DNA from: Candidatus Zixiibacteriota bacterium
GTDB lineage: Bacteria; Zixibacteria; MSB-5A5; JAABVY01; JAHJOQ01
DNA length: 64,000 bases
Reading direction: 5' to 3'
NCBI GenBank assembly: GCA_018820315.1
Contig: JAHJOQ010000092.1
Coordinates: 6,591-70,590 of the forward strand
Part shown: one piece after another, positions 1 to 9,953 of the stretch
Position numbering within the stretch: the first letter of the stretch is position 1
How the letters are laid out: every line of letters begins with the position of its first letter
Notes under the pieces: model-generated
The model's input: only the letters and a program-made list of their open reading frames with translations
The model's database searches: none
Told to the model about the DNA's origin: nothing
Made by a program: the position numbers and the translations under genes

Positions 1-1857
1 GCCACTGGACTCCATGACTTGTCAATCATTGCTACCGATGAACTCGGTGCCTCTGCTGCATGCCATTTTGAAGTATTCGTGAATTCCACTGCTCCATATT
101 TCATCGGCTGCGGGGGCGACAGCTCAGCCGTAACGTCCGTGATAGGTGAGACCGTGCGCGGCTCACTACTGGCTTCGGACCCTGACAATTGTCCCGAGCC
201 TCTTTCTTATTCACTGATTTCGTTTGGAGGTCCCGGTCTGTTTGAGGTAGACTCGGCGACTGGAGAATGGTCCTGGCGCACACACTCTACCGATGATTTC
301 CTTGGTGATTTTGATGTAACGGTCGGTGTAACAGATGGCTTCAATTCGGAGACGTGCACGTTTACAATCACTGTGCTTCCGACTTTCGATATTTGGATCG
401 GCACAGACTTGATGCATCCTCAGGGGCAATACACCATAGTCCCGATCTATGTGTCAAATGAGTCCGACTACCTCGCTGGTTTTGATTTCCTCATTACATA
501 TGATGGCAAAATACTTAATTTCATAGATGCCGAAATTGGCGAAGGTTTGGGATCTGACGGATGCGGCTGGGAGTATTTCACGTACAGGTACGTAAGCCAA
601 TCTGAATGCGACGGCTGGTGTCCGGTTCATATGCTAAGATTCGTCGCTATGGCCGAAGCTGACTTGCAGCCTCCGTACCCTCTCTGCTACGGTGGCGATT
701 CGCTCGAACTTGTGAACATGAGATTTCTTGTCTCGGGCAGTGCCGACTTTCACTGCAAGTACACGCCCGTGAGCTTCTACTGGAACGACTGCGGTGACAA
801 TGGTGTGTCCAGTGTATCGGGTGATACGCTCTGGATCTCATCGAGTGTATACGTCTTTGACGCGACCGCCACGCCGACGTACATTGAAGTTACGGGAGCT
901 AAGGGCTATGGGGGACACAGCGGGATTCCAGACGTAGATTGCCTTGCGGGGAGTATCCATGGAGGTAGACCTGTGGAAGGCATAATCTACAGGGGTGGAG
1001 GTTTGAAAACGGAGTGCGTGGCTGATGTGGTCCTGTATGGCGATCTGAATCTCAATCGCGTTCCGAATGAGATCTCTGATCTTGTGCTGTATCTGAACTA
1101 CTTCATATTTGGCTTGCCGGTATTTGTCATCAACCCGGAAATTCAGATCGCAACTTCCGATGTTAATCAGGACGGTCGTGTCCTGACCTCCGGCGACGTT
1201 GTCTATATGGTCAGGATTATCGTGGGGGATATAACAGCACCATTGAAGCCGGATCAGGGTGGTGGAGAGATGTACATCGAGTGCCGTCCCCGCGATGAGA
1301 TTGTGGCTATCTGTGTGCGATCTGACGTCGATGTTGGTGCCTTGTTTCTGGAGTTCGATGTTGGCAGCAATGACGCGTCCCCTGTGCTGCTGGCGGACCA
1401 GATGGAAATGAAGTGGAATCTCGACAAGGGTAAACTCCGCGTTATGATCTACTCGATGTCGACTGCGCGGATTCCGGCCGGTGAAAGAGAATTGCTGCTG
1501 ATTGAAAGAGCCAAGACGCCGACAATCATGCAGGTTTCTGCCTCAGACTACTACGGCAATACAATTCAGACCGAGCTGGGCGCCTATGCCCGCGAGGAAA
1601 GCCTCAGGTTGATCGCAAATCGACCCAATCCGTTCAATCCCACTACAGAGATTTGCTTTTATACTCCCGCGTCGGCAGAGTGGTCGGTAGAGATATTCAA
1701 CATCATTGGACAGAAAGTCGACGAGCTTCGTGGCACTTGCGGAACTGGCCTGAATTTCGTATTATGGGATGCGGGCAGTCACCCATCGGGAGTCTATCTA
1801 TACAGGGTGGTGGTTGGAGAACAGTCAGCTAGTGGTAAGATGGTCCTAATGAAATGA
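1..1857 (+). CDS. 5-prime-partial secreted multidomain protein with two cohesin-like modules, an internal dockerin-like segment and a C-terminal Por/T9SS sorting domain
   Basis: The reading frame is open from nt 1 (the track uses an internal TTG at 19). Cohesin-like modules around aa 125-185 (YTIVPIYVSNESDYLAGFDFLITYDGKILNF) and aa 420-470 (GALFLEFDVGSNDASPVLLADQME...LRVMIYS). Dockerin-like segment LYGDLNLNRVPNEISDLVLYLNYFIFG...SDVNQDGRVLTSGDVVYMVRIIVG. The last ~80 aa (NPFNPTTEICFYTP...GVYLYRVVVGEQSASGKMVLMK) match the T9SS C-terminal-domain pattern. Confidence 0.55.
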   Translation, partial: ATGLHDLSIIATDELGASAACHFEVFVNSTAPYFIGCGGDSSAVTSVIGETVRGSLLASDPDNCPEPLSYSLISFGGPGLFEVDSATGEWSWRTHSTDDFLGDFDVTVGVTDGFNSETCTFTITVLPTFDIWIGTDLMHPQGQYTIVPIYVSNESDYLAGFDFLITYDGKILNFIDAEIGEGLGSDGCGWEYFTYRYVSQSECDGWCPVHMLRFVAMAEADLQPPYPLCYGGDSLELVNMRFLVSGSADFHCKYTPVSFYWNDCGDNGVSSVSGDTLWISSSVYVFDATATPTYIEVTGAKGYGGHSGIPDVDCLAGSIHGGRPVEGIIYRGGGLKTECVADVVLYGDLNLNRVPNEISDLVLYLNYFIFGLPVFVINPEIQIATSDVNQDGRVLTSGDVVYMVRIIVGDITAPLKPDQGGGEMYIECRPRDEIVAICVRSDVDVGALFLEFDVGSNDASPVLLADQMEMKWNLDKGKLRVMIYSMSTARIPAGERELLLIERAKTPTIMQVSASDYYGNTIQTELGAYAREESLRLIANRPNPFNPTTEICFYTPASAEWSVEIFNIIGQKVDELRGTCGTGLNFVLWDAGSHPSGVYLYRVVVGEQSASGKMVLMK

Positions 1858-2513
1858 GTACCTCAATTGCCTTCTTGCGATTCGAGAGGCCAGGGCTTCT
1901 GATCGCAGTCCCAGTTTTGATTTCACTACTTGCGGCGATGTCATTGATTCCGTGCGAGACAGCCTACGCCGAAGACCTCATCGTGCGCGCATCGGCCGAA
2001 TGCTGCAAACAGCACCCCAACTTCGAATCTGGCAGCAAAGCCGTCCTGATGGATGGTGAAAAGATTCTTGGCACCAGTCAGATTGAGAGTGAAGCACCGT
2101 TTAGGTTCAAAGATGTGGAGCCAGGGAAGTATGACTTATTAGTATTGGTTGTTGGATACTACCCCATCAAATTCTCGGGAGTTGAGATCGGAGAGGGTGG
2201 GGTTTACGATTTCGAGCTGATAGCTGATCTTAAACCGCTCACAGCAAACCTTCTGGAAGGGCAGATAGTCATTCGGTTCAAAAAGCAGTTGTCAGACGAC
2301 GAGATTCTAAAGCGTCTCGATAGCTGGAAACTTGGAGTTCAGCAGCTCTCTCGGATAGAGCCCGGCTCCAAACCACCGCAACACGTTATTGAAAGGATGT
2401 ATGGATACTCTGAGGTGAGAGCCTCATACGATCGGTCAAGGAAGCTGAGAGATATCATGTCCGATATCTTAAACGATCCCGCTGTGATCGAGTGCACACC
2501 GTTGTATTTCTGA
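1854..2513 (+). CDS. secreted hypothetical protein (signal peptide; carboxypeptidase-regulatory-like beta-sandwich segment)
   Basis: ATGA overlap with the upstream stop. N-terminal hydrophobic signal LLIAVPVLISLLAAMSLIPCETAYA. Segment KYDLLVLVVGYYPIKFSGVEIGEGGVYDFELIADLKP resembles the CarboxypepD_reg fold. Confidence 0.45.
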   Translation: MSTSIAFLRFERPGLLIAVPVLISLLAAMSLIPCETAYAEDLIVRASAECCKQHPNFESGSKAVLMDGEKILGTSQIESEAPFRFKDVEPGKYDLLVLVVGYYPIKFSGVEIGEGGVYDFELIADLKPLTANLLEGQIVIRFKKQLSDDEILKRLDSWKLGVQQLSRIEPGSKPPQHVIERMYGYSEVRASYDRSRKLRDIMSDILNDPAVIECTPLYF

Positions 2514-2600
2514 CACAGGATTTGGGCTAAGTACTGAACTTACGCGATCTGCCGCAGCCTTCACTCGTAGCGCGACAAAACATGACAAAGGGGTTTGGAG

Positions 2601-4172
2601 ATGTCTGATATCACGATTATTCGTGGGCGTGTTGTCACTGCATTCACTCTTGCTGTTGCATTGTGCGTTGCTCTTTGCATCACAGGTTACGCATCAGATA
2701 TGCCCGTCGGTATCACTATAAAGAAAGTGTCGACCTACCGCGCCGAACTGCTTTGGTTTTGCTCCAATATCAATGATTCTATTGCCGCACACGATGATGG
2801 GGGTTGGGAGGCGGCGGTCGCGGTCCGTCATGATGATCGGGACAATCGTGCCGCAGTCAAATTCTCGGATTTTTCGGTGCCGGTGTTTGTGACAGCGGGT
2901 TCAGCTTTCGTTCTGAACCTCGATCCTGATCCGTCCAATCCGGGTGACCCGTTGTCAACAATTGAGATATCGCTGCATCGGGATAATGCCGGTGTTCCGG
3001 GAGAGATGGTCTCCGGACCGGTGACAGTGGCGGCCTCGGGCGAATGGACAGGTGGCGGCGAGTGGGTCACTGCGAGTCTATCGTATTTGCACGACAACAG
3101 TGATCCTCTGTGGCTGCAGGTGAGATGGCCATCCTCTAATCCTTTCATGCCCAAACTTGGGGGAGATGGTGGAATGCCGACGTACAACTCTTATGTCGGA
3201 TACGCGACTGAAGGTGGGGATGTCTGGGTGCCGTACGGCGATTTCGAGATCATGTTGAGGCTGCATGTTCTCAACAACGGCAAGGACTCGCCGATTGCAC
3301 CAGATGAATCTGAAACAGACAGCTTCAGAGTATACTCTCGCGACAGGCTGCCTCTTTATCCGTGTGGGAGTCTCTTCGATACGTCAACTGCGGGATTTGT
3401 GCTGAACCAGCGTGTCATACCTTACAATATAGACAATTACTACTGTGTGACGGCCTGGCTGGATGGAGTGGAGAGCTCCCCCAGCGATATCGTACACATT
3501 GAGGGTTCGAGCGGGGCATCGGCGCCCGCAAGCATTACTCCTCGTCATATCGAGCTGGCAGTACCGCTCGGTTCCGACACGGTTGCATACATGGCAATCA
3601 AGAACAAGGGCTATGCGACACTGCAGTATCAGTACTCAGATGATCCTATGTTTGCGAAAGCTGCTGATGGCTTTCCGATGACAATTCTGAATGGCTCAGG
3701 ATTGATTTATCCGGGAAGGACAGATTCGATTGTATTCCTGATTGGTTCAGCGAACCTCGGCCTCGGTGACTATATGGAGGTCGGAAGCATCGGCTTCAGC
3801 GATTCACTCGAGGTTTATTCCCCGGAGGATGTGTCGGTCTACGTCGTTATCGATCAGCTCACTTCAGTCGATAATATCGATGAATTCGTCCCGCGATCAT
3901 GTTTCCTGCACCAAAATTCCCCTAACCCATTCAATGGCGAGACGGTGATTCTGTTGGAATCTCCGGCTCTTGTTACGGAGCCGCTGCTTCGGATAGTCGA
4001 TATCCTCGGAAGACGGGTCGCAGATATTGCACCCGCCCGGTCAATGTCTGGAGTCTCTTTGTTTGAGTGGGATGGATGTGATGGGAATGGCCACTTATGC
4101 CCCTCCGGTGTGTATTTCTATACCGTTTCAAATCTGAACACGACATGGCAGAAGATGCTCATGATCCGATAA
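2601..4172 (+). CDS. secreted protein with C-terminal Por/T9SS sorting domain
   Basis: ATG at 2601 preceded by AAAGGGG; the track start at 2595 is a TTG. Signal peptide VVTAFTLAVALCVALCITGYA. C-terminus NSPNPFNGETVILLESP...GVYFYTVSNLNTTWQKMLMIR matches the T9SS CTD pattern. Confidence 0.6.
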   Translation: MSDITIIRGRVVTAFTLAVALCVALCITGYASDMPVGITIKKVSTYRAELLWFCSNINDSIAAHDDGGWEAAVAVRHDDRDNRAAVKFSDFSVPVFVTAGSAFVLNLDPDPSNPGDPLSTIEISLHRDNAGVPGEMVSGPVTVAASGEWTGGGEWVTASLSYLHDNSDPLWLQVRWPSSNPFMPKLGGDGGMPTYNSYVGYATEGGDVWVPYGDFEIMLRLHVLNNGKDSPIAPDESETDSFRVYSRDRLPLYPCGSLFDTSTAGFVLNQRVIPYNIDNYYCVTAWLDGVESSPSDIVHIEGSSGASAPASITPRHIELAVPLGSDTVAYMAIKNKGYATLQYQYSDDPMFAKAADGFPMTILNGSGLIYPGRTDSIVFLIGSANLGLGDYMEVGSIGFSDSLEVYSPEDVSVYVVIDQLTSVDNIDEFVPRSCFLHQNSPNPFNGETVILLESPALVTEPLLRIVDILGRRVADIAPARSMSGVSLFEWDGCDGNGHLCPSGVYFYTVSNLNTTWQKMLMIR

Positions 4173-4243
4173 ACCTGTTCTCTCAAGCGAAGTTAACCGG
4201 GACAGAAGCGGATGCCCATCGACAAAATTATGCGTAATATGGC

Positions 4244-4273
4244 TTGACAATATGTGCTTATTCTCCTTATATT
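4244..4273 (+). promoter_or_regulatory. candidate sigma70-type promoter (TTGACA-N17-TTATAT) about 330 nt upstream of the giant dockerin gene
   Basis: TTGACA at 4244-4249 and TTATAT/TATATT at 4267-4273, inside an AT-rich 430-nt noncoding stretch. Confidence 0.3.
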
Positions 4274-4600
4274 ATGATCGTATCCTCCATTAGAGTTCTG
4301 ACAAAAAGAGTCACTATGTGTCCATTCTTGAATGGGTGTGTGAAATACATTTTCATCGTACCGAATCAATTGCTTAGAGGGACACGACTCGGTCAGAACA
4401 AAAAACTGGAGACGCGAGAGATTATGTCAGAATCGGCTCACTGGGACTATAAACAAAGCGGTACATGATGTAACATATTAATGAGAAGGAGGAAGGGTTG
4501 GAACACAAAGAAAAGCATGCGCACGACACCTCTTAATGCGACGACATCACGCCAATTACCAACAGGTTAATGTTTGAGATTCCTTAGGGAGGATTATTCC

Positions 4601-7600
4601 ATGAGAAAGAAATTATGTCTGTTAGCGGCCTGTCTGCTTATCGTCGCACTCTTCTGGGTGATAGCGATGGCTGCAGGCCCGAATCAGACTGCCACCGTTG
4701 TTTCGGGCTCGCAAACGGTTCAGATGGGGGAGGATATAAGCCGTGCGGCATGTACGATGACCCACAGCAGTCTGACGATCGGAGCATATTTCGGTGGCTT
4801 TGCACCCGGTATGCTCAATGTCAGCTATTTCAATCCAGCTGACTTTTGTGCTGCACCATATCCGTTTGAGATCACTGCTTTTTCGTTCCCCCTGTATGAT
4901 CCGGGCGGATTCGTTTGGCCGGTTTCTCTTGACGTCGTTGTTTTTGATGCCCCCGATTCGTGCGCAGGGCCGGGAGTCGAGCTCTGTCGGTTCACGGTTG
5001 TCTGTGATCAGGCGACATTTCAGTTCCCGAATGTGGGTGTGGCAGCATTCCCGGCGCCGTGCTGTGTGAATGGGCCATTCTTCATTGGTATCGAGTACAC
5101 GAATGGCGCGGTGGGATCAATTCCTTCGATATGCTATGATGACACCTCTCCACCAGAGGTCTGCATCAACTGGTTCTTCTATTCCGATGGTGCTTGGTAC
5201 GAGTGGTACGATATCTGGACGCCGCCAACACCCGGGTATCCGATGTTCTGGGTTGACGGTGAAACTGAGTCAGCAAACTGCGACCAGGGGCCGTGCGACT
5301 GGAATCCCGGCGATGAATACAAGATGCACTTCCCGCAGCCTCCAGATGAAGCTGGATGGGATGTGAATGCCACGTTCCCAGCTGTCATGGCCGATGACTT
5401 CGAATGTATCGAATCCGGATACATAAAAGACATCCACTTCTGGGGATCGTGGAAATTCGGCGCTACCGGTATAATCGATTCATTTGGTCTGTCACTCCAT
5501 TCCAACATAACTGAGCAAGAAAACCCAGACGGCTACAGCATGCCGGGCGACCTGCTCTGGTCATATGTAGCCACACTGTGGACTGAAGAGCCCATAATGG
5601 GCCAGTACATGGAAGGCTGGCTCGATCCGGTGACCGGTGAAGTTCTGCCTGACAATCATCAGGAGTACTTCCAGTACAATATTTGTCTCGATGAACCATA
5701 CTGGTTCTGGCAGGATGCCGGTACGATCTACTGGCTGGACATCACAGCGTACCTGGCAGACGGTTCTGCGGAGACCTGGGGATGGAAGACGTCTCTCGAA
5801 CATTTCATGGATGATGCCGTTTATATGGGCGGGGGTACATGCACTGCTCCCGATAACGGCACAGGGACAGTTGATCTGCCTGCGGACTGTCCATATGTTG
5901 ATGTTGATAGTCCCTTGATGATCATGGATGGACTTCCACCGGGCACTTCGATCATCTGTGATCCAACACTCGATGAGTACTATAATAAGCAAGAATATCC
6001 GGGTGGATCTCTCGGTGGTGATATTCACGAATTCGACGCTATGCTGACCCTTGAAATGACTGGTACAGGCGACCTTGCTGGATTTGTGAGACATATTTCG
6101 ATGGATGTCCATGTCGAAATTCACACCGGCCCCCGAAATCCGGGTGATCCTGTTCAGGCATTCGCGGCTGAACTCTGGTCGCTCTCCGGTCAAATAGTGG
6201 GCGATCCGGATTTCGACTATCTGGCAATCCAGGCTGGGTCAGCCTACGGCCTTCCGAGTCCCGGCCAGTTTGAGATCACCGATATTGGAGGCGGGCTTTA
6301 CCATATCGACAGCTTCTTCGATATCACATATCAGATTGACTTTGATGGAGCTCCCGGCTCGGTTCTGGATGCCATGTCTGGTTCTACAGTGGGCACGAGT
6401 CGCTGGATACAGGGTGGTGGCTCTGGTTGGAATGAGCTGCGCGAGCCTGTGTTTGAACAGAATTGGCTCGGCAATGCCTTCTGGGGAGAAATGTACCCGA
6501 CCGGTGAATTCATCGGCGGAGGCGAAAACGCATTTGGTGAAGGCTGGTTCTATTATCCAATGTATGATTGGTGGAACATCTGGTTCTACGACCATCCATA
6601 CGATCCGACCCGCTATAAAGAGGTTCACTTTGATGTCGAGTTTATTGAGACAATGCCGGGCGGGTTTGTGGAGTTTGCCTTGAATTGGTCGACTGATCAG
6701 TGGTCAATTGACCAACCGATAGGAGATAGCGCTCCGCCTCTTCCGGGCGTTGACGAGGACCTCTACATCGGCAGAGCCATCCTTTATGCCGGTCCGATTC
6801 CTCCTGGACCTATGCCGCTTGATTTTGTGATACCGGAATACAATCCGGAGTGGGTCTCAGTCGATGTCAGAGGCATAGGTTTCATGATTCCTCAGGGTAT
6901 CATATCTCACAGCTGCTCTGGATACAGTCTAAGTGGCGAGTCGCTTGACCTTGCCTTTGTGATTACTGGCGGACCGGAAGAACCGGTACCATATGATACA
7001 GTCGTGTGCGAGCCTCAGGGTGATCCGAATCCAACACATCCGGACACATACTGGTATGATGTTACTCCGACCATCTTTGGACGTTGCGACTTCCACGTGA
7101 TGGTGTTTGACAGTGTGCTGAGTCACTACAGCAACTTTGTCGAGCCTGTCAATTGGACCCACCAGTTACACAAGGTTGGTAACGATTGGTGGATGTCGTT
7201 CTGCAATCCGGGATGTACCGACGCCATATTCGCTACATTCAGATTCTCGTTCGACAATCCGTATGCCAGTGTCTGGGGTCATTGGAGAACTACGGCAGAT
7301 CCGGCGGGTCTCTGCGATCCATATGTCGGCGTAGTCGATTCGTCTGAGAATCACACTGCCGATATGGATGGCTATGGCTATAGAGTGCATGTGCCGTACT
7401 TCGAAGCTCCCGACGTCGATACCTGTACGTATTACAAGGAGCCTTTCGAGGACTATGCACCGTTTGGCATGCCTGACTTTGATCAGAAGCAGGCTGGTTG
7501 GTTGAGCCCATTCACGGGAGGCTGGAGCTATTGTGGTCCTGCTGCAGTTGCAAACTGCTTCTGGTGGTTTGATTCGAAGTTCGAAACAATTCCGATGGTA

Positions 7601-8548
7601 CCGCCTGCAATCAGCGATCATTACCCGCTAGTTTCGGCGTACGGTCCGTGGGACGATCACGATCCGAATAATGTGATACCGTTCATAAGTGCCTTGGGAA
7701 CAGCGCTGAATACCGATATGATGCCGCTCGGAGGAACAAACATCCATATGATGGCTTCCGGCGTTATCGATTGGCTGACCGCGATGGGACTCATTGCTAA
7801 TTATACGGTAACGCTGATGCCGGGTGATAATCCGATGATGTTCGAGTACATCATGGAAGAGGTGCTCATAAGCCAGGATGTCATTCTGCTACTCGGGTTC
7901 TGGGAGGATCTCGGTGCTCAGTGTAGCCGCATCGGCGGACACTATGTGACAGTTGCCGGTGTCTGCCCCGACGACTTCGGATTGTGTATCTCTGATCCAT
8001 ATTTTGATATGCATGAGGGTGAGCCACCCGCAGGTGCCGCGCACCCGGCTGGTGTACACAATGATGCGCAGTTCATTTCCGGGCCGCACGGTACAATCTT
8101 CCACGACAAGTACCTTGTGGGACCGGTCATGTGGCCGTGTCAGCCACCGTTTACGACAGAAGTGTATGGCTATCCGAATAACCCGATAGACATAATCAAC
8201 TTCGAATGGCTGAACGATGGTGACATCCCATCCGCAGGGTATCAGGGCGGTCCGATATTCACGCTTATCGAATATGCTCTGGTGATATGCCCGGTTGACT
8301 GTGATGCGTTGATTGGCGAAGCCGACAACAGCGGCGCGATTGACATCGACGATGTTGTCTACCTGATCGCATACATCTTCTCAGGTGGACCCGCTCCTGC
8401 GCCGTACTCAGTCGCATCGGGAGATGCCGATTGCTCCTGCGCGGTCGACATCGATGATGTAGTTTATCTGATTGCATACATATTCTCGGGTGGTCCAGCA
8501 CCTTGTACATGCGAGGAATGGGTAGCCGCCTGCGGAGCACTGCATTAG
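4601..8548 (+). CDS. giant secreted protein (1315 aa) with two C-terminal dockerin repeats; N-terminal 1200 aa of unknown function
   Basis: GGGAGG Shine-Dalgarno 8 nt before ATG 4601; the track start at 4574 is further upstream. Signal peptide MRKKLCLLAACLLIVALFWVIAMAA. Composition extremely rich in W/Y/F/P/G/D/C. C-terminus carries two IDIDDVVYLIAYIFSGGPAP repeats with flanking Cys. Confidence 0.7.
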   Translation: MRKKLCLLAACLLIVALFWVIAMAAGPNQTATVVSGSQTVQMGEDISRAACTMTHSSLTIGAYFGGFAPGMLNVSYFNPADFCAAPYPFEITAFSFPLYDPGGFVWPVSLDVVVFDAPDSCAGPGVELCRFTVVCDQATFQFPNVGVAAFPAPCCVNGPFFIGIEYTNGAVGSIPSICYDDTSPPEVCINWFFYSDGAWYEWYDIWTPPTPGYPMFWVDGETESANCDQGPCDWNPGDEYKMHFPQPPDEAGWDVNATFPAVMADDFECIESGYIKDIHFWGSWKFGATGIIDSFGLSLHSNITEQENPDGYSMPGDLLWSYVATLWTEEPIMGQYMEGWLDPVTGEVLPDNHQEYFQYNICLDEPYWFWQDAGTIYWLDITAYLADGSAETWGWKTSLEHFMDDAVYMGGGTCTAPDNGTGTVDLPADCPYVDVDSPLMIMDGLPPGTSIICDPTLDEYYNKQEYPGGSLGGDIHEFDAMLTLEMTGTGDLAGFVRHISMDVHVEIHTGPRNPGDPVQAFAAELWSLSGQIVGDPDFDYLAIQAGSAYGLPSPGQFEITDIGGGLYHIDSFFDITYQIDFDGAPGSVLDAMSGSTVGTSRWIQGGGSGWNELREPVFEQNWLGNAFWGEMYPTGEFIGGGENAFGEGWFYYPMYDWWNIWFYDHPYDPTRYKEVHFDVEFIETMPGGFVEFALNWSTDQWSIDQPIGDSAPPLPGVDEDLYIGRAILYAGPIPPGPMPLDFVIPEYNPEWVSVDVRGIGFMIPQGIISHSCSGYSLSGESLDLAFVITGGPEEPVPYDTVVCEPQGDPNPTHPDTYWYDVTPTIFGRCDFHVMVFDSVLSHYSNFVEPVNWTHQLHKVGNDWWMSFCNPGCTDAIFATFRFSFDNPYASVWGHWRTTADPAGLCDPYVGVVDSSENHTADMDGYGYRVHVPYFEAPDVDTCTYYKEPFEDYAPFGMPDFDQKQAGWLSPFTGGWSYCGPAAVANCFWWFDSKFETIPMVPPAISDHYPLVSAYGPWDDHDPNNVIPFISALGTALNTDMMPLGGTNIHMMASGVIDWLTAMGLIANYTVTLMPGDNPMMFEYIMEEVLISQDVILLLGFWEDLGAQCSRIGGHYVTVAGVCPDDFGLCISDPYFDMHEGEPPAGAAHPAGVHNDAQFISGPHGTIFHDKYLVGPVMWPCQPPFTTEVYGYPNNPIDIINFEWLNDGDIPSAGYQGGPIFTLIEYALVICPVDCDALIGEADNSGAIDIDDVVYLIAYIFSGGPAPAPYSVASGDADCSCAVDIDDVVYLIAYIFSGGPAPCTCEEWVAACGALH

Positions 8549-8579
8549 AACTGCAAACTCGAGTTATTTCGATGAAAAA

Positions 8580-8605
8580 GCACCGCCTTCGGGCGGTGCT
8601 TTTTC
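8580..8605 (+). terminator. rho-independent terminator
   Basis: GCACCGCC-TTCG-GGCGGTGC hairpin followed by TTTTT, directly after the stop at 8548. Confidence 0.8.
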
Positions 8606-8698
8606 ATATGTGATACGGCCCGATTAGATTTCTGTTGCGTCTTTAGTGCGGCTTATTTAGATTACTAATCAAATAGAGATTCTCAGGAGGTACTGTAA

Positions 8699-9448
8699 AT
8701 GTCAGGACACTCAAAATGGGCGACCATTAAGAGGAAGAAGGGCAAATTGGACGCCCAGCGTGGCCGGATGTTCACTAAGCTCATCAAAGAGATAACGGTG
8801 GCCGCCCGAGCCGGCGGTGGAGACCAGGAAGGCAATCCTAGATTAAGGACTGCAGTCGCCACGGCTAAAGCCGCCAACATGCCTCAGGATAACATCAAGA
8901 AGGCCATTCAAAAAGGCACCGGAGAGCTTCCGGGAGTCACATACGATGAAGTTTCGTACGAAGGCTACGGTCCGGGCGGAGTAGCGATTCTGCTTGAGGT
9001 CCTAACTGACAACAAGAATAGAACCGTGGCCGAAATCCGGCATGCGCTCACCAAACGGGGTGGAAACCTTGGTGAGACAGGATGTGTTGGCTGGATGTTC
9101 GAGAAGAAGGGCTTGGTCCAGGTTGAATCAAGCGCGGCTGACGAGGAGAAGCTCTTCGAAATAGCCCTGGAAGCGGGCGCTTCTGATATGTCCACCGAGG
9201 GGGATATCTTTGAGATTACCACACCGTTCGAGTCTTTCGAGGCGGTTCGATCTTCCATCGAGAATGCCGGAATTGCGATGGTGAACGCCGAAGTCACTAT
9301 GATTCCTCAGTCGACTGTCGAGCTCGATGAGAGCAAGGCAAACTCCATGCTCAAGTTGATGGAGGAGCTTGAGGATCATGATGATGTACAAAAGGTTTAT
9401 GCCAACTTCGATATCAGCGACGAGTTGATGGAGAAGCTCAGTGCCTGA
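8699..9448 (+). CDS. yebC: YebC/PmpR family DNA-binding transcriptional regulator
   Basis: [16 protein letters not shown]-terminus is the family hallmark. Full-length 249 aa. AGGAGG RBS. Confidence 0.9.
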   Translation: MSGHSKWATIKRKKGKLDAQRGRMFTKLIKEITVAARAGGGDQEGNPRLRTAVATAKAANMPQDNIKKAIQKGTGELPGVTYDEVSYEGYGPGGVAILLEVLTDNKNRTVAEIRHALTKRGGNLGETGCVGWMFEKKGLVQVESSAADEEKLFEIALEAGASDMSTEGDIFEITTPFESFEAVRSSIENAGIAMVNAEVTMIPQSTVELDESKANSMLKLMEELEDHDDVQKVYANFDISDELMEKLSA

Positions 9449-9953
9449 TGAGGTCCTGATCCTCGGCATTGATCCAGCACTATCCGTAACTGGCTATGGA
9501 ATCATCGGTGTAAACGGTGACGATCTTCGGCTCATCTCCTACGGCGAAATACGGACAAACGACCGCAACGAACTTGCATACAGACTGCACAGGATCTATT
9601 CAGGAATCAGAGAAGTAGTCCAGAATCATCGACCATCACTGGCCGTGCTCGAGGAGGGCTTCTATTCCAAGAATGTCAAGATTGCTCTCGGATTGGGGCA
9701 GGCGCGAGGTGCTGCAATGGTAGCCTGCGCTGAATGTGGCCTTGAGGTAAAGCTTTTTGCAGCTCGCGAGATCAAACAGGCAGTTGCCGGGCGCGGCTCA
9801 GCTTCAAAAGAGCAGGTCGCATACATGGTCAAGGCCAGACTGCAGATCGAGGATGGCGTGATCGACAGTCTCGATATCACCGACAGCCTCGGTGCGGCGC
9901 TGTGCGCTGCCCAGAAGCTCGATATGGAGTCGCATGATGTACGAGTACATTAG
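9441..9953 (+). CDS. ruvC: crossover junction endodeoxyribonuclease RuvC
   Basis: [17 protein letters not shown]-terminus with the catalytic Asp context. 170 aa. GTG start overlapping the yebC stop. Confidence 0.88.
   Translation: MPDEVLILGIDPALSVTGYGIIGVNGDDLRLISYGEIRTNDRNELAYRLHRIYSGIREVVQNHRPSLAVLEEGFYSKNVKIALGLGQARGAAMVACAECGLEVKLFAAREIKQAVAGRGSASKEQVAYMVKARLQIEDGVIDSLDITDSLGAALCAAQKLDMESHDVRVH

Noticed and set aside
4244-4468. 74-aa ORF in the AT-rich leader
   Set aside because: No RBS and AT-rich low-complexity translation. It begins exactly at the TTGACA promoter candidate. Better treated as noncoding leader.
5561-6193. 210-aa minus-strand ORF inside the giant dockerin gene
   Set aside because: Embedded antisense to a 4-kb ORF with strong coding periodicity. 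No RBS or motif.
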